From Limisphaerales bacterium (GTDB taxonomy: Bacteria; Verrucomicrobiota; Verrucomicrobiia; Limisphaerales; AAA164-E04): a DNA stretch of 64,000 nucleotides. Shown here in pieces: positions 54,539 through 63,064 of the stretch. The stretch covers positions 2,164,126 to 2,228,125 of the forward strand of contig OZ244865.1 of the NCBI GenBank assembly GCA_965221075.1, read 5' to 3'. Position 1 is the stretch's first letter; the number at the start of each line of letters is the position of its first letter. A program made the translations under genes and the position numbers. The notes beneath the pieces are model-generated. The model did no database searches, was not told the DNA's origin, and saw only the letters and a list, made by a program, of their open reading frames with translations.

Positions 54539-57007
54539 ATGAGATCCCCATCCGGACCGACCGCAGCCGTGCTGCTTTCCGCCCTCCCGATCCCGGCCCT
54601 GTCGTGCGCCCTCCTGCTCGCAGCCGCTCCGGCCCGGGCCGACCTGGTGGGGCACTGGACCTTCAACGGGGACTACGAGGACCGGTCGGGCATGGAAAAC
54701 CACGGCATGCCCGAGGGGGGCGCGGCCCTCTCCAGCCAGATCCCCGAGGCCCTGGGCTCGGGCCAGTCGCTGGAGCTGGACGGCACCGGACACGTCCTGG
54801 TTCCCCACTCGTCCTCCCTCGACCTGGAGGACGCCATGACCCTGGCCGCCTGGGTCCGCCCGGTCGGCAACGTGGGCTGGGACGGCATCGTCGCCAAGAA
54901 CCCCAGTCCCGACTCCACCCCCAACCAGGCCGGCAACTTCGAGGTCCGGCTCAACGCCAGCAACCGACGGCTCGAGTTCCTCTGCCAGCAGGGAGGGGCC
55001 AACGACACCAGGGGATTCAGCGCCGCCAACGCGGCGATACCCGAGGGCGAGTGGACCCACATCGCGGTCACCGCCGAGCTGATCCAGTACGGCGACATCA
55101 AGTTCTATGTCAACGGGGAGCTGGCCGAAGAGATGCTGGACGTACTGAGCAGTCTCGATTTCTTCCCCCTCAACGAGAACCCGGTCTACATCGGCAACCG
55201 GGCCGACGGGACCACCACCCCCTTCAACGGCTTCATCGACGACGTGCGCATATACAGCGCCGCCCTGGGCGGCGAGGAGATCGCGGCCCTGGCCGAGGGA
55301 GCAGGCGCCAGCCTCAGCTCGAGCTTGTTCTCCTCTGCCCTGCCCGCTGGATCCACCATCGCCACCCTGGCCAAGTACAAGCCGGAGGAGGGGGAGAGCT
55401 ACGCCTTCGCCCTGGTCCCCGGCGAAGGAGACGACGACAACGGCAAGTTCGCCATCGAGGGAGACGAGCTCAAGACCGGATCCTACGACTTCTCCTCGGA
55501 CGAGGACGGCACCGAGTACTCGCTGCGCATCGAGAGCGCCGCATCGGGCTCGGGCGAGAGGACCGCCGGCATATTCCTGCTGCGGCTGGAGGGGGACTCC
55601 GACAGGGACGGGCTGCCCGACAGCTACGAACGAATGTTCGCCGGGGATCTCTCCACGCTCTCGGGCCTCGGAGAGGCCGACGCCGACCAGGACGGACTCA
55701 CCGATCTGGCCGAGCACCTCCGCTATTCCGAAGGAGAGCTGGCCCTGGATCCCACCATGGCAGACTCCGATGGCGACACCCTGCGGGACGGCGACGAGGT
55801 CGCCGGGGCCGGCAGCCGTCCGCCCACCAGCCCGGTCCTCTCCGACACCGATGGAGACGGGCTCGGCGACGAAGCCGAGGACAACACCGGAAACTACGTC
55901 AGCGGAAGCCAGACCGGCACCGATCCCACCCTCCCCGACACCGACGGGGACGGACTGGGGGATGCCTACGAGATCGACAAACAGGGAGATCCGTCCGATC
56001 CCTCCGACAACGCCCCGGCCAGCCTGCTGGGCCTCTGGCGATTCGACAGCGACGGCCCCGTCACCACTCCCGATTTCGTCTACGCCTCCGACGCCACCGG
56101 CAACGGGCACGACGGGCGGCATCGCTTCGCCACCCTGGTCCACGACGATGTTCCCGAGTTGCTGGGCAGCGGCCTGTCGGTCCGCTTCGGGAAGGGCCTG
56201 GAATTCGAGCCGGATGTGATCAGGGTCGTCGATGTAGCCCACCACGAGGACCTGGACATCGCCGACGCGGTCTCCATGGCCGCCTGGGTCAAGCCCACCG
56301 GAGAAGGGGCCTGGGACGGAATCCTGGCCAAGAACCCCAGCCCCGATTCCGGCTTCAACCAGGCCGGCAACTACGAGTTCCGCATCCACAGCACCAGCCG
56401 CTCTCTCCAGTTCCTCTCCCAGCAAGGCGGCGTCGACGACACCGCCGTCTTCACCGGGGCGGAGGCCAAGGTGCCGAGCGAGACGTGGACCCACGTGGCG
56501 ATCACCGCCCAGACCGGATCGGGAAACATCCGCTACTTCGTCGACGGAGAGCTGGCCCAGCTGCAGGAAGGAGCCATCGGCTACGAGTCCTTCCCCCTCA
56601 ACAAGGAGCCGCTCTACATCGGCAACCGCGCCGACGGATTCACCGAGTTCGACGGCCTCCTGGACGATGTGGCCATCTTCCGGGGCGTCCTCACCGCCGC
56701 CCAGGTCCAGGCCATCCGGAAGGGCGACTTCAGCGGCTTCGGAGTAGCGGGCGACCCGCCTCCTCCCGGACTCAAATATGTGAACCTGAGGATCGTGCCC
56801 AACTCCAAGTCCTCGTCGCTCCACCTCGCCTGGGATTCCTCTCCTGGCGACCACTACATGGTCATGGCCAGCGAGGATCTAGCGGCCTGGAGAGTCCTCT
56901 ACCAGGGCGAGTCCACAGGGGAAACCAGCAGCTACGCCGACTCGGGAGCGCTGCTGCACGGCCCCAAGGCGCGCTTCTACCGCATCCTGCCTCTTCCCCT
57001 TCCCTAG
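54539..57007 (+). CDS. secreted protein with two LamG/concanavalin-A-like domains, thrombospondin-type-3-like Ca-binding repeats and a C-terminal beta-sandwich module
   Basis: ATG 54539 within ORF 54302..57007 gives the signal peptide MRSPSGPTAAVLLSALPIPALSCALLLAAAPARA. Two paralogous ~200-aa units (LAAWV.P...WDGI.AKNPSPDS..NQAGN.E.R...L.FL.QQGG...W.H.A.T...FYV.GEL....IGNRADG...F.G..DDV.I). Five D-x-D-x-D-G-[LT]-x-D repeats lie between them. Confidence 0.85.
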   Translation: MRSPSGPTAAVLLSALPIPALSCALLLAAAPARADLVGHWTFNGDYEDRSGMENHGMPEGGAALSSQIPEALGSGQSLELDGTGHVLVPHSSSLDLEDAMTLAAWVRPVGNVGWDGIVAKNPSPDSTPNQAGNFEVRLNASNRRLEFLCQQGGANDTRGFSAANAAIPEGEWTHIAVTAELIQYGDIKFYVNGELAEEMLDVLSSLDFFPLNENPVYIGNRADGTTTPFNGFIDDVRIYSAALGGEEIAALAEGAGASLSSSLFSSALPAGSTIATLAKYKPEEGESYAFALVPGEGDDDNGKFAIEGDELKTGSYDFSSDEDGTEYSLRIESAASGSGERTAGIFLLRLEGDSDRDGLPDSYERMFAGDLSTLSGLGEADADQDGLTDLAEHLRYSEGELALDPTMADSDGDTLRDGDEVAGAGSRPPTSPVLSDTDGDGLGDEAEDNTGNYVSGSQTGTDPTLPDTDGDGLGDAYEIDKQGDPSDPSDNAPASLLGLWRFDSDGPVTTPDFVYASDATGNGHDGRHRFATLVHDDVPELLGSGLSVRFGKGLEFEPDVIRVVDVAHHEDLDIADAVSMAAWVKPTGEGAWDGILAKNPSPDSGFNQAGNYEFRIHSTSRSLQFLSQQGGVDDTAVFTGAEAKVPSETWTHVAITAQTGSGNIRYFVDGELAQLQEGAIGYESFPLNKEPLYIGNRADGFTEFDGLLDDVAIFRGVLTAAQVQAIRKGDFSGFGVAGDPPPPGLKYVNLRIVPNSKSSSLHLAWDSSPGDHYMVMASEDLAAWRVLYQGESTGETSSYADSGALLHGPKARFYRILPLPLP

Positions 57008-57355
57008 CCGGCCAGCCCGCAGAACAGAGATCCAGAACGCAGGTCCCCGCCCAGTGAGAGACCGTCGTTCGCCAGGATGTCCAGGAACAGGCGACTTTCC
57101 CAGCCCCTCGCCGGCGTCTTCCGCTCTTGAGGCCTTCCGCTTCAGAGGCCTGCCAGGCTGCCTGGTTCGCTTGGGGGGAGCCCGATCCCCGTCCAGTCCG
57201 GCTCCATCGGATCCGTGGCAGCGTCCCGCAGCAGGGAAGGAAGGGAGCGGACTCCGGGACGCCTTGCAGGGCGCTTCATTCCACCGTTCCTGCAGGAGCC
57301 GCCCAATGAGCTTCGAGGCCTCCAGACTCCCGGCAAGCCCATCCGCAGCCGCGAC

Positions 57356-58960
57356 ATGACGATCCGACGATTCCCCTCGCCCTGCTCCGGGCAGGCCCTT
57401 CTCGTGCTCCTTGGCCTGGCGCTGGCCCCCTGGATGCAGGCCCAGCCGCTGTCTCTCTACGAGGGGAGCAAGCGCACCTTCCCCGCAGACCAGGGCTGGA
57501 TCCTGACCCGGACTCCCCAGGCAGGACACCAGACCCGCGAAGTCCTGGTGGATCAGGGCTTCAACTTCAACAGCCAGCGGAACCCGGCCGAGCAGATCGT
57601 CTACTCCCTGCACAAGGAGGGCGAGGACTCCCATCCCCTTGCCGATGCCCCGCTTGACCGCAGCAAGGGCTTCCTCCTGGACTTCTCCCTCCACCTGATC
57701 GCCGAATTCCACCAGGCAGAGGGCAGCTCGGGCTTCCGTCTGGCGGCGATCTCCCAGGATCTGATGGGAGTGGCGCTGGGATTCCACACCGGCTCGGTCT
57801 TCGCCTACGGCCCGGACCAGGCTCCGGCGGAGAGAGCCGACGACCTGGACCTCGCCGCGGGGTACTCACAGATGAAGCTCCTGATCGAGAGGGACGCCTA
57901 CACCCTCCTGAGGGATGAGCAGCCCCTGCTGTCGGGTCCGCTGCGCGACCTCTCCGGGGGGAGCCCCTTCCACGGGATCCCCGGGATGGTCTACTTCGGC
58001 GACGCCGATCCCTCCGCTTCGGCCTCGGCCAGCATCGGGCATGTTCGGCTGGCCACCGATCTCGGGGAGGAAGTCCCGATCGCCCCCCCCGCCGAGGGGC
58101 AAGAGGCGATCTTCGCCCTCGTCGAGGAGGAGAGCCGCCTGGCCATATCCGCGGTCTACAGCGATCTGTACCAGGCCGGCGCCCAGGGCGATGGCAGCCT
58201 GGTCGCCTCCTGGTCGGGAGAACTGCACGCGCTGATCGGCGAGAACACCATCCGGTTCCTCCCTTCCTCCCGGATCAAGGCCGGCAACAGCGGAAGCTGG
58301 GAGCCCAAGGAGGGCGCCGGGAAGGGACGGGATCCAGCCAACTACGGCGGCGTCCTGAACATCCCCATCGTTGGAAGGGCGGTCGTGGCGCTCCGGAGCC
58401 TGGAGCTGGCCCTGCTCGACGGCAGCCCCGGCCAGCCGCTCGCGGATGGGGAGCCGGGCCTGAGCTTCCCCCTCTCGATGCTGTCCCTGGGCGTGCCCGA
58501 AGGCAGCCCCTCGATCCTCGAGGCCGCCACCTCGGGCCTGCTTCCGATCTCGGTCTCGACGTCCCTGGAAGGCCTGGTCAGTTCGCCCCCCGAGGATTCC
58601 CTGGGGCGTCTGGCCACCGAGGATGGCGTGCAGAGGCTCGAGCTTCCCCTTCGGGTCGAGTTCCTCTCCAGGGTGATCAGCGACGGAGACCTGTCCATCG
58701 TCCTGGATGGCGTCCTGACCGCCCAGCGGGAAGTGTCCGGCCCCACGGCGCCCCTCCCCGTCCTGGGAGTCCGAAAGGGCGGCGAAGGCCTGATCCTCTT
58801 CTGGGACGCGGCAGCAGGAACCAGCTATCTGCTGGAACGCTCGGAGGACCTCCTCCAGTGGGAGACCGTCGTCATCGTCACGCCCCAGGCTGCCGAGGCC
58901 GAGTCGCCGCTCGACCCCGCCATGCCCCATTCCTTCTACCGGATCCTGCTGGCTCCCTGA
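57356..58960 (+). CDS. secreted hypothetical protein
   Basis: ATG 57356 within ORF 57215..58960. Signal peptide MTIRRFPSPCSGQALLVLLGLALAPWMQAQP. 534 aa. No family recognised except a C-terminal module shared with the preceding gene (...W....FYRIL). Confidence 0.65.
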   Translation: MTIRRFPSPCSGQALLVLLGLALAPWMQAQPLSLYEGSKRTFPADQGWILTRTPQAGHQTREVLVDQGFNFNSQRNPAEQIVYSLHKEGEDSHPLADAPLDRSKGFLLDFSLHLIAEFHQAEGSSGFRLAAISQDLMGVALGFHTGSVFAYGPDQAPAERADDLDLAAGYSQMKLLIERDAYTLLRDEQPLLSGPLRDLSGGSPFHGIPGMVYFGDADPSASASASIGHVRLATDLGEEVPIAPPAEGQEAIFALVEEESRLAISAVYSDLYQAGAQGDGSLVASWSGELHALIGENTIRFLPSSRIKAGNSGSWEPKEGAGKGRDPANYGGVLNIPIVGRAVVALRSLELALLDGSPGQPLADGEPGLSFPLSMLSLGVPEGSPSILEAATSGLLPISVSTSLEGLVSSPPEDSLGRLATEDGVQRLELPLRVEFLSRVISDGDLSIVLDGVLTAQREVSGPTAPLPVLGVRKGGEGLILFWDAAAGTSYLLERSEDLLQWETVVIVTPQAAEAESPLDPAMPHSFYRILLAP

Positions 58961-59042
58961 GGACCGCCAGGGCGCAGCGGCCAAGGCAAGGAGCCGGTGA
59001 TTTGGGTTTGGCACAAGGGCCGCCCCCGGTATTCTCGCCTCC

Positions 59043-59861
59043 ATGCGCCTCACTCTCCGGCTTCTGGCCCCGCTGGCCCTGCTTCTTTGCCCCGTGTCCG
59101 CCGACGACCACAAGAACCTGGGCTACACCGACACCCCCGTCATCCCGGGCCAGAAATGGCAGGTTCACGACGGCAAGCGTCCCCAGCCGCCGGAGGTCGA
59201 GCCCGGAGAACGCTTCAGCCACATGGCCCCGCCTCCGGCCGACGCGGTGGTCCTCTTCGACGGCTCCAGCCTGGAGCACTTCCAGAAAGGCAACGGGCAG
59301 CCGGCCGGCTGGAAGGTGGAGAACGGCTACATGGAGGTGGTGTCCGGATCCGGATCGATCCAGACCCGCCAGCACTTCTCCGACTTCCAGCTGCACATCG
59401 AGTTCGCCACTCCGGGCAAGGTGGAGGGCAGCTCCCAGGGCAGGGGCAACAGCGGAGTCTTCATCTTCGGAGACTTCGAGGTGCAGATCCTCGACTCCCA
59501 CCGCAACCCCACCTATCCCGACGGCCAGGCCGGCGCCCTCTACGGCCAGCAGCCTCCCATGGTCAACGCCAGCCTGCCCCCCGGAACCTGGCAGAGCTAC
59601 GACATCGTCTTCGAGAACGCCCGCTGGGACGGCCAGGGCAACCTGGTCCGCAAGGCCAGGGTGAGCGTCTTCCACAACGGGGTCCTGATCCACCACGCCA
59701 AGGAGTTCCTCGGCCCCACCCGCCACAAGGCCGTGGGCAGGTACGGCAGCCCGAAGACCCAGGGCCCCATCTCGCTGCAGGACCATGGCAACCCCACCCG
59801 CTTCCGCAACATCTGGCTCAGGCCCATCGAGGGCTACGACACCGGCAAGCCCGCCCAGTAG
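59043..59861 (+). CDS. DUF1080 (3-keto-disaccharide hydrolase-like) family protein, exported
   Basis: Signal peptide. LFDGSSLEHFQK...GW.VENG......G.I.T...F.DFQLHIEF......GNSGVFIFG.FEVQILDS...GA.Y...PP..NAS.PPG.WQSYDIVF........HNGVLI......GPISLQDHGNPTRFRNIWLRPI. Confidence 0.85.
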   Translation: MRLTLRLLAPLALLLCPVSADDHKNLGYTDTPVIPGQKWQVHDGKRPQPPEVEPGERFSHMAPPPADAVVLFDGSSLEHFQKGNGQPAGWKVENGYMEVVSGSGSIQTRQHFSDFQLHIEFATPGKVEGSSQGRGNSGVFIFGDFEVQILDSHRNPTYPDGQAGALYGQQPPMVNASLPPGTWQSYDIVFENARWDGQGNLVRKARVSVFHNGVLIHHAKEFLGPTRHKAVGRYGSPKTQGPISLQDHGNPTRFRNIWLRPIEGYDTGKPAQ

Positions 59862-59873
59862 GGAGGAGCGGCG

Positions 59874-59898
59874 AAAAAAGCGGCGCCGGCTTGCGCCG
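59874..59898 (-). terminator. rho-independent-type terminator (minus strand)
   Basis: Coding strand CGGCGC-AAGCCG-GCGCCG followed by CTTTTTTCG. Lies ~190 nt downstream of the BASS gene stop. Confidence 0.5.
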
Positions 59899-60021
59899 GG
59901 CCCGGAAGTGGGCTAGGTTAGGAGCAGGAAGGTTCGGCAGACAGAAGGGGGACCACAAAGCAAGTCAATTCTTCTGAGATAGAATCCCCGCTTGCTCGTC
60001 TGCTAGCGTTCTCATCTTGGG

Positions 60022-60060
60022 GGGGGAGGGTGCCATCGTGCGCCCTCCCCCTTTCTCTTT
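60022..60060 (+). terminator. rho-independent-type terminator (plus strand)
   Basis: GGGGGAGGG (60022-60030), 12-nt loop, CCCTCCCCC (60043-60051), followed by TTTCTCTTTCC. Lies ~160 nt downstream of the DUF1080 stop. Confidence 0.5.
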
Positions 60061-60088
60061 CCTTCCCCTGCTCGCTGCGCCCTCCGGC

Positions 60089-61060
60089 TCAGCTGCCGGG
60101 CCCGGGCTCCCCATCGGAGCCCGATCCCCGCCGGCCGCTCCCGGCCTTCCTCGACCTCCAGAATCCGGCCAGGGCGCTTCCCAGCAGGCAGTGCAGGACC
60201 GCGGAGATGGCGCAGGGCGAGGCGGTCGCCGGGCTGAAGTGGGTTGCCGCCAGGGTGGTTCCCAGGCCCGAGTTCTGCATCCCGACCTCGATGGAGATGG
60301 TGCGCCGCACCTGTTCCTGGAATCCCAGCAGGACGGAGAGGAAGTACCCCAGCAGGAAGGCCAGCGAGTGGAGCAGCGCCAGGGACAGGATCAGCATCCC
60401 TCCATTCTCGAGGATGTCCTCGCGCCTCGAGCCGACGACGCTGGAGACGATCAGCACGATCAGGATCACCGCCACCGTCGGGGAGACGCGCTGCAGGCGC
60501 CCCACCCATCCCGGGGCCCACTGGCCGAGCGCCGCCCCCAGGAGCACCGGCAGGGCCCCCACCAGCATCACGTCCCGCAGCAGGGCCCAGGCGTCCACCG
60601 GTACGTAGGCGCCCGCCAGCGTTCCGGCGAGCAGCGGGGTCATCGCCACCGCCAGGAGGGTGGAGGCGAGGGTCATGGACACCGAGAGGGCCACGTTGGC
60701 CCGGGCCAGGAAGGCCACCACGTTGGAGGCGGTGCCTCCGGGACAGGAGGAGACCAGGATCAGGCCCACCGCGAAGTCGGGGGGAAGCGCCATGGCCCGG
60801 GCGATGCTCCATCCCAGGAAGGGCATGACCGAGAACTGCAGCGCCACCCCCGCCAGGATGGGCCAGGGCAGCTCGAAGACCCGGCGGAAGTCCTCGAGGC
60901 GCAGGGTGAGCCCCATCCCCAGCATGATCAGGGCCAGGCCCGCCACGATCAGCCTCCCCTCGAACCAGGCGAAGAGCCCCGGGGCCGCCAGGGCCGCAAG
61001 GACGCCCAGCAGGGTCCACAGGGGAAAGAGCCGGGCGAACAGGGCGAGCAGGCGCTCCAC
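60089..61060 (-). CDS. bile acid:sodium symporter (BASS/SBF-like) family transporter
   Basis: GTG (complement 61058-61060), 5 nt after the upstream stop, within the run-on ORF 60089..62884. (M)ERLLALFARLFPLWTLLG...SSCPGGTASNVVAFLARANVALSVSMT...IEVGMQNSGLG. Confidence 0.82.
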   Translation of the reverse strand: MERLLALFARLFPLWTLLGVLAALAAPGLFAWFEGRLIVAGLALIMLGMGLTLRLEDFRRVFELPWPILAGVALQFSVMPFLGWSIARAMALPPDFAVGLILVSSCPGGTASNVVAFLARANVALSVSMTLASTLLAVAMTPLLAGTLAGAYVPVDAWALLRDVMLVGALPVLLGAALGQWAPGWVGRLQRVSPTVAVILIVLIVSSVVGSRREDILENGGMLILSLALLHSLAFLLGYFLSVLLGFQEQVRRTISIEVGMQNSGLGTTLAATHFSPATASPCAISAVLHCLLGSALAGFWRSRKAGSGRRGSGSDGEPGPGS

Positions 61061-61065
61061 GGGGC

Positions 61066-63060
61066 TCAGGCCAGGCGCAGCCGGGAAGTGGGCGCCTCGG
61101 CGTCCCAGTTGCGCGGAGGCGAGGAGCGCACCGAGGCCACCTCCTTGATGGTGATCTGCTTGCCCCTGACCTTGGGGCCCTTGACCGCCAGCTCGCCGGG
61201 GGCCAGCGTCTGCTGGGCGAACCGCTGGTAGGGAGCGGGCTTGTACCTGATGTAGAGGGTTTCGGGCGTCCCCTCCTCCCAGAGCAGGATCTTCGACTTC
61301 TCGGGGGCGCACCGGTACTCCTTGTTGAGGATGGTCCCTCCGATGCGGAGGCGCTTCAGGAAGGTGGCCTTGGCCAGGCGGTAGACCATGGTGTACTCCG
61401 CATCCCGGTCGGGATGGGCGCAGTAGAGCAGGTCGCTGCCCACGAACGTCTTCTCCTCCACCTGCACCACCCGGTAGCCTCCGTCCCGGAACACCAGGAG
61501 CAGCTTGTCCAGCTTGGAGCAGGCGATCTCGAACTCCTCGCCCTGCACCTTGTATCCCAGGTACCCCCTGGCCCTGTCGTAGGCCGCCTTGAAGGACTTG
61601 AAGGCGGCCTGGCGGGCCTCGACCGCCTCGAAGGCGCAAACCTCGGTCAGCCGCTTGTACTCCTCCCCGTAGCGGCTGATCAGCCCCTTGAGGTGGCTGA
61701 TGGCGTAGCGGGTGATGGAGCGCAGGTGCTTGCGGATCTGGTCGAGCCGCTCCTGGACCTTCTCCATCTCCTGGCGGTGCTTCTCCATGTCGAAGAGGGA
61801 GATGCGCCGGATGCGCACGCCCAGCAGCATCTCCACGTCCTCGCTGGCGAGGTCGCGGTAGTACTCGCTGCGGTGGGGCTCGAGGCCCTCGAGCACGGCC
61901 TTGTGGATGGCCTCGTTGGTGCGGCACGACTCGATCGACTTGTAGATCCGGTTCTCGACGAAGATGCGGACCAGGGTCTTGAAGAAGATCTCCTCCTCCA
62001 GCTTGCGCTGCTGGTGCTCCAGCTGGCGGCGCAGCAGGTCCACCAGGTCCGAGGCGTTCATCCGGACCAGCTCCGAGACGGTCATCTCCGCCGGACGCCC
62101 CTCCCGGATCACCGTGATGCGGCTGGAGAGGGAGACCTCGCAGCTGGTGAAGGCGTAGAGGGCGTCCACCAGCTTCCCGGCCTCCACTCCGGGCGGCGAC
62201 TTGATCTCGATCTCGATGCGCTCGGCGGTGAAGTCGTTGATCGAGCGCACCTTCAGCTTCCCCTTGCGGGCCGCGTCCTCGATCGAGGCGATGATCGATT
62301 CGGTGGTGGTGCCCGGAGGGATCTCCCGGATCGCCAGGGTGGAGCCGTCCCTGACCTCGATGCGCGCCCGGATGCGCACGCTTCCCCTCCCGTCGTCGTA
62401 GGCCGAGGGATCCATCAGGCCCCCGGCGATGAAGTCGGGAAAGAGCTCGAAGGGCTTCCTGCGCAGCGCCGCGATCTGCGCCTCGAGAAGCTCGACGAAG
62501 TTGTGGGGCAGGATGCGCGAGGAGAGGCCCACCGCGATGCCCTCGGTGCCCAGCATCAGCAGCAGCGGAAGCCGCGAGGGAAGGGCCACCGGCTCCCTGC
62601 CCCGCCCGTCGTAGCTGGGGACCGTCTCGGTCAGCTCGTCGTCGAAGAGCTCCTCCCGGGCCAGGGGAGTCAGGCGGCACTCGATGTAGCGGGGCGCCGC
62701 GGCGGGATCCCCGGTGTACACGTTGCCGAAGTTGCCCTGGCGCTCGATCAGGTAGCGCTTGTTGGCCAGCACCACCAGCGCGTCGCCGATGGAGGCGTCT
62801 CCGTGGGGGTGGTACTGCATGGCGTGCCCCACGATGTTGGCCACCTTGATGAACTTGCCGTCGTCGTTCTGGCGCAGCGACCACAGGATCCGCCGCTGCA
62901 CCGGCTTGAGGCCGTCGTGGCAGCTGGGGATGGCCCGGTCCCGGATGACGTAGGAGGCGTACTCCAGGAAGGAGCGGTCCATCCGGCCGTGCAGCGGGCA
63001 GGGCTGGTCCCCGTTGCCCTCGAAGGGGAGCAGCCCTCCCCCGGCGTTCCGCTTTGGCAT
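61066..63060 (-). CDS. parC: type IIA topoisomerase subunit A (ParC/GyrA-like, short form)
   Basis: ATG (complement 63058-63060) within the run-on ORF 61066..63372 gives 664 aa. DGLKPVQRRILW, YHPHGDASIGDALVVLA, QGNFGN..TGDPAAAPRYIECRL (catalytic Tyr context). The C-terminal region is short and non-canonical. Gene name is tentative. Confidence 0.85.
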   Translation of the reverse strand: MPKRNAGGGLLPFEGNGDQPCPLHGRMDRSFLEYASYVIRDRAIPSCHDGLKPVQRRILWSLRQNDDGKFIKVANIVGHAMQYHPHGDASIGDALVVLANKRYLIERQGNFGNVYTGDPAAAPRYIECRLTPLAREELFDDELTETVPSYDGRGREPVALPSRLPLLLMLGTEGIAVGLSSRILPHNFVELLEAQIAALRRKPFELFPDFIAGGLMDPSAYDDGRGSVRIRARIEVRDGSTLAIREIPPGTTTESIIASIEDAARKGKLKVRSINDFTAERIEIEIKSPPGVEAGKLVDALYAFTSCEVSLSSRITVIREGRPAEMTVSELVRMNASDLVDLLRRQLEHQQRKLEEEIFFKTLVRIFVENRIYKSIESCRTNEAIHKAVLEGLEPHRSEYYRDLASEDVEMLLGVRIRRISLFDMEKHRQEMEKVQERLDQIRKHLRSITRYAISHLKGLISRYGEEYKRLTEVCAFEAVEARQAAFKSFKAAYDRARGYLGYKVQGEEFEIACSKLDKLLLVFRDGGYRVVQVEEKTFVGSDLLYCAHPDRDAEYTMVYRLAKATFLKRLRIGGTILNKEYRCAPEKSKILLWEEGTPETLYIRYKPAPYQRFAQQTLAPGELAVKGPKVRGKQITIKEVASVRSSPPRNWDAEAPTSRLRLA

Positions 63061-63064
63061 GCCG

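Noticed and set aside
53768-56854. 1,028-aa minus-strand ORF
   Set aside because: Antisense to the LamG/TSP3 gene. Its repetitive Gly/Val/Asp/Ala translation mirrors the repeats of the real plus-strand protein.
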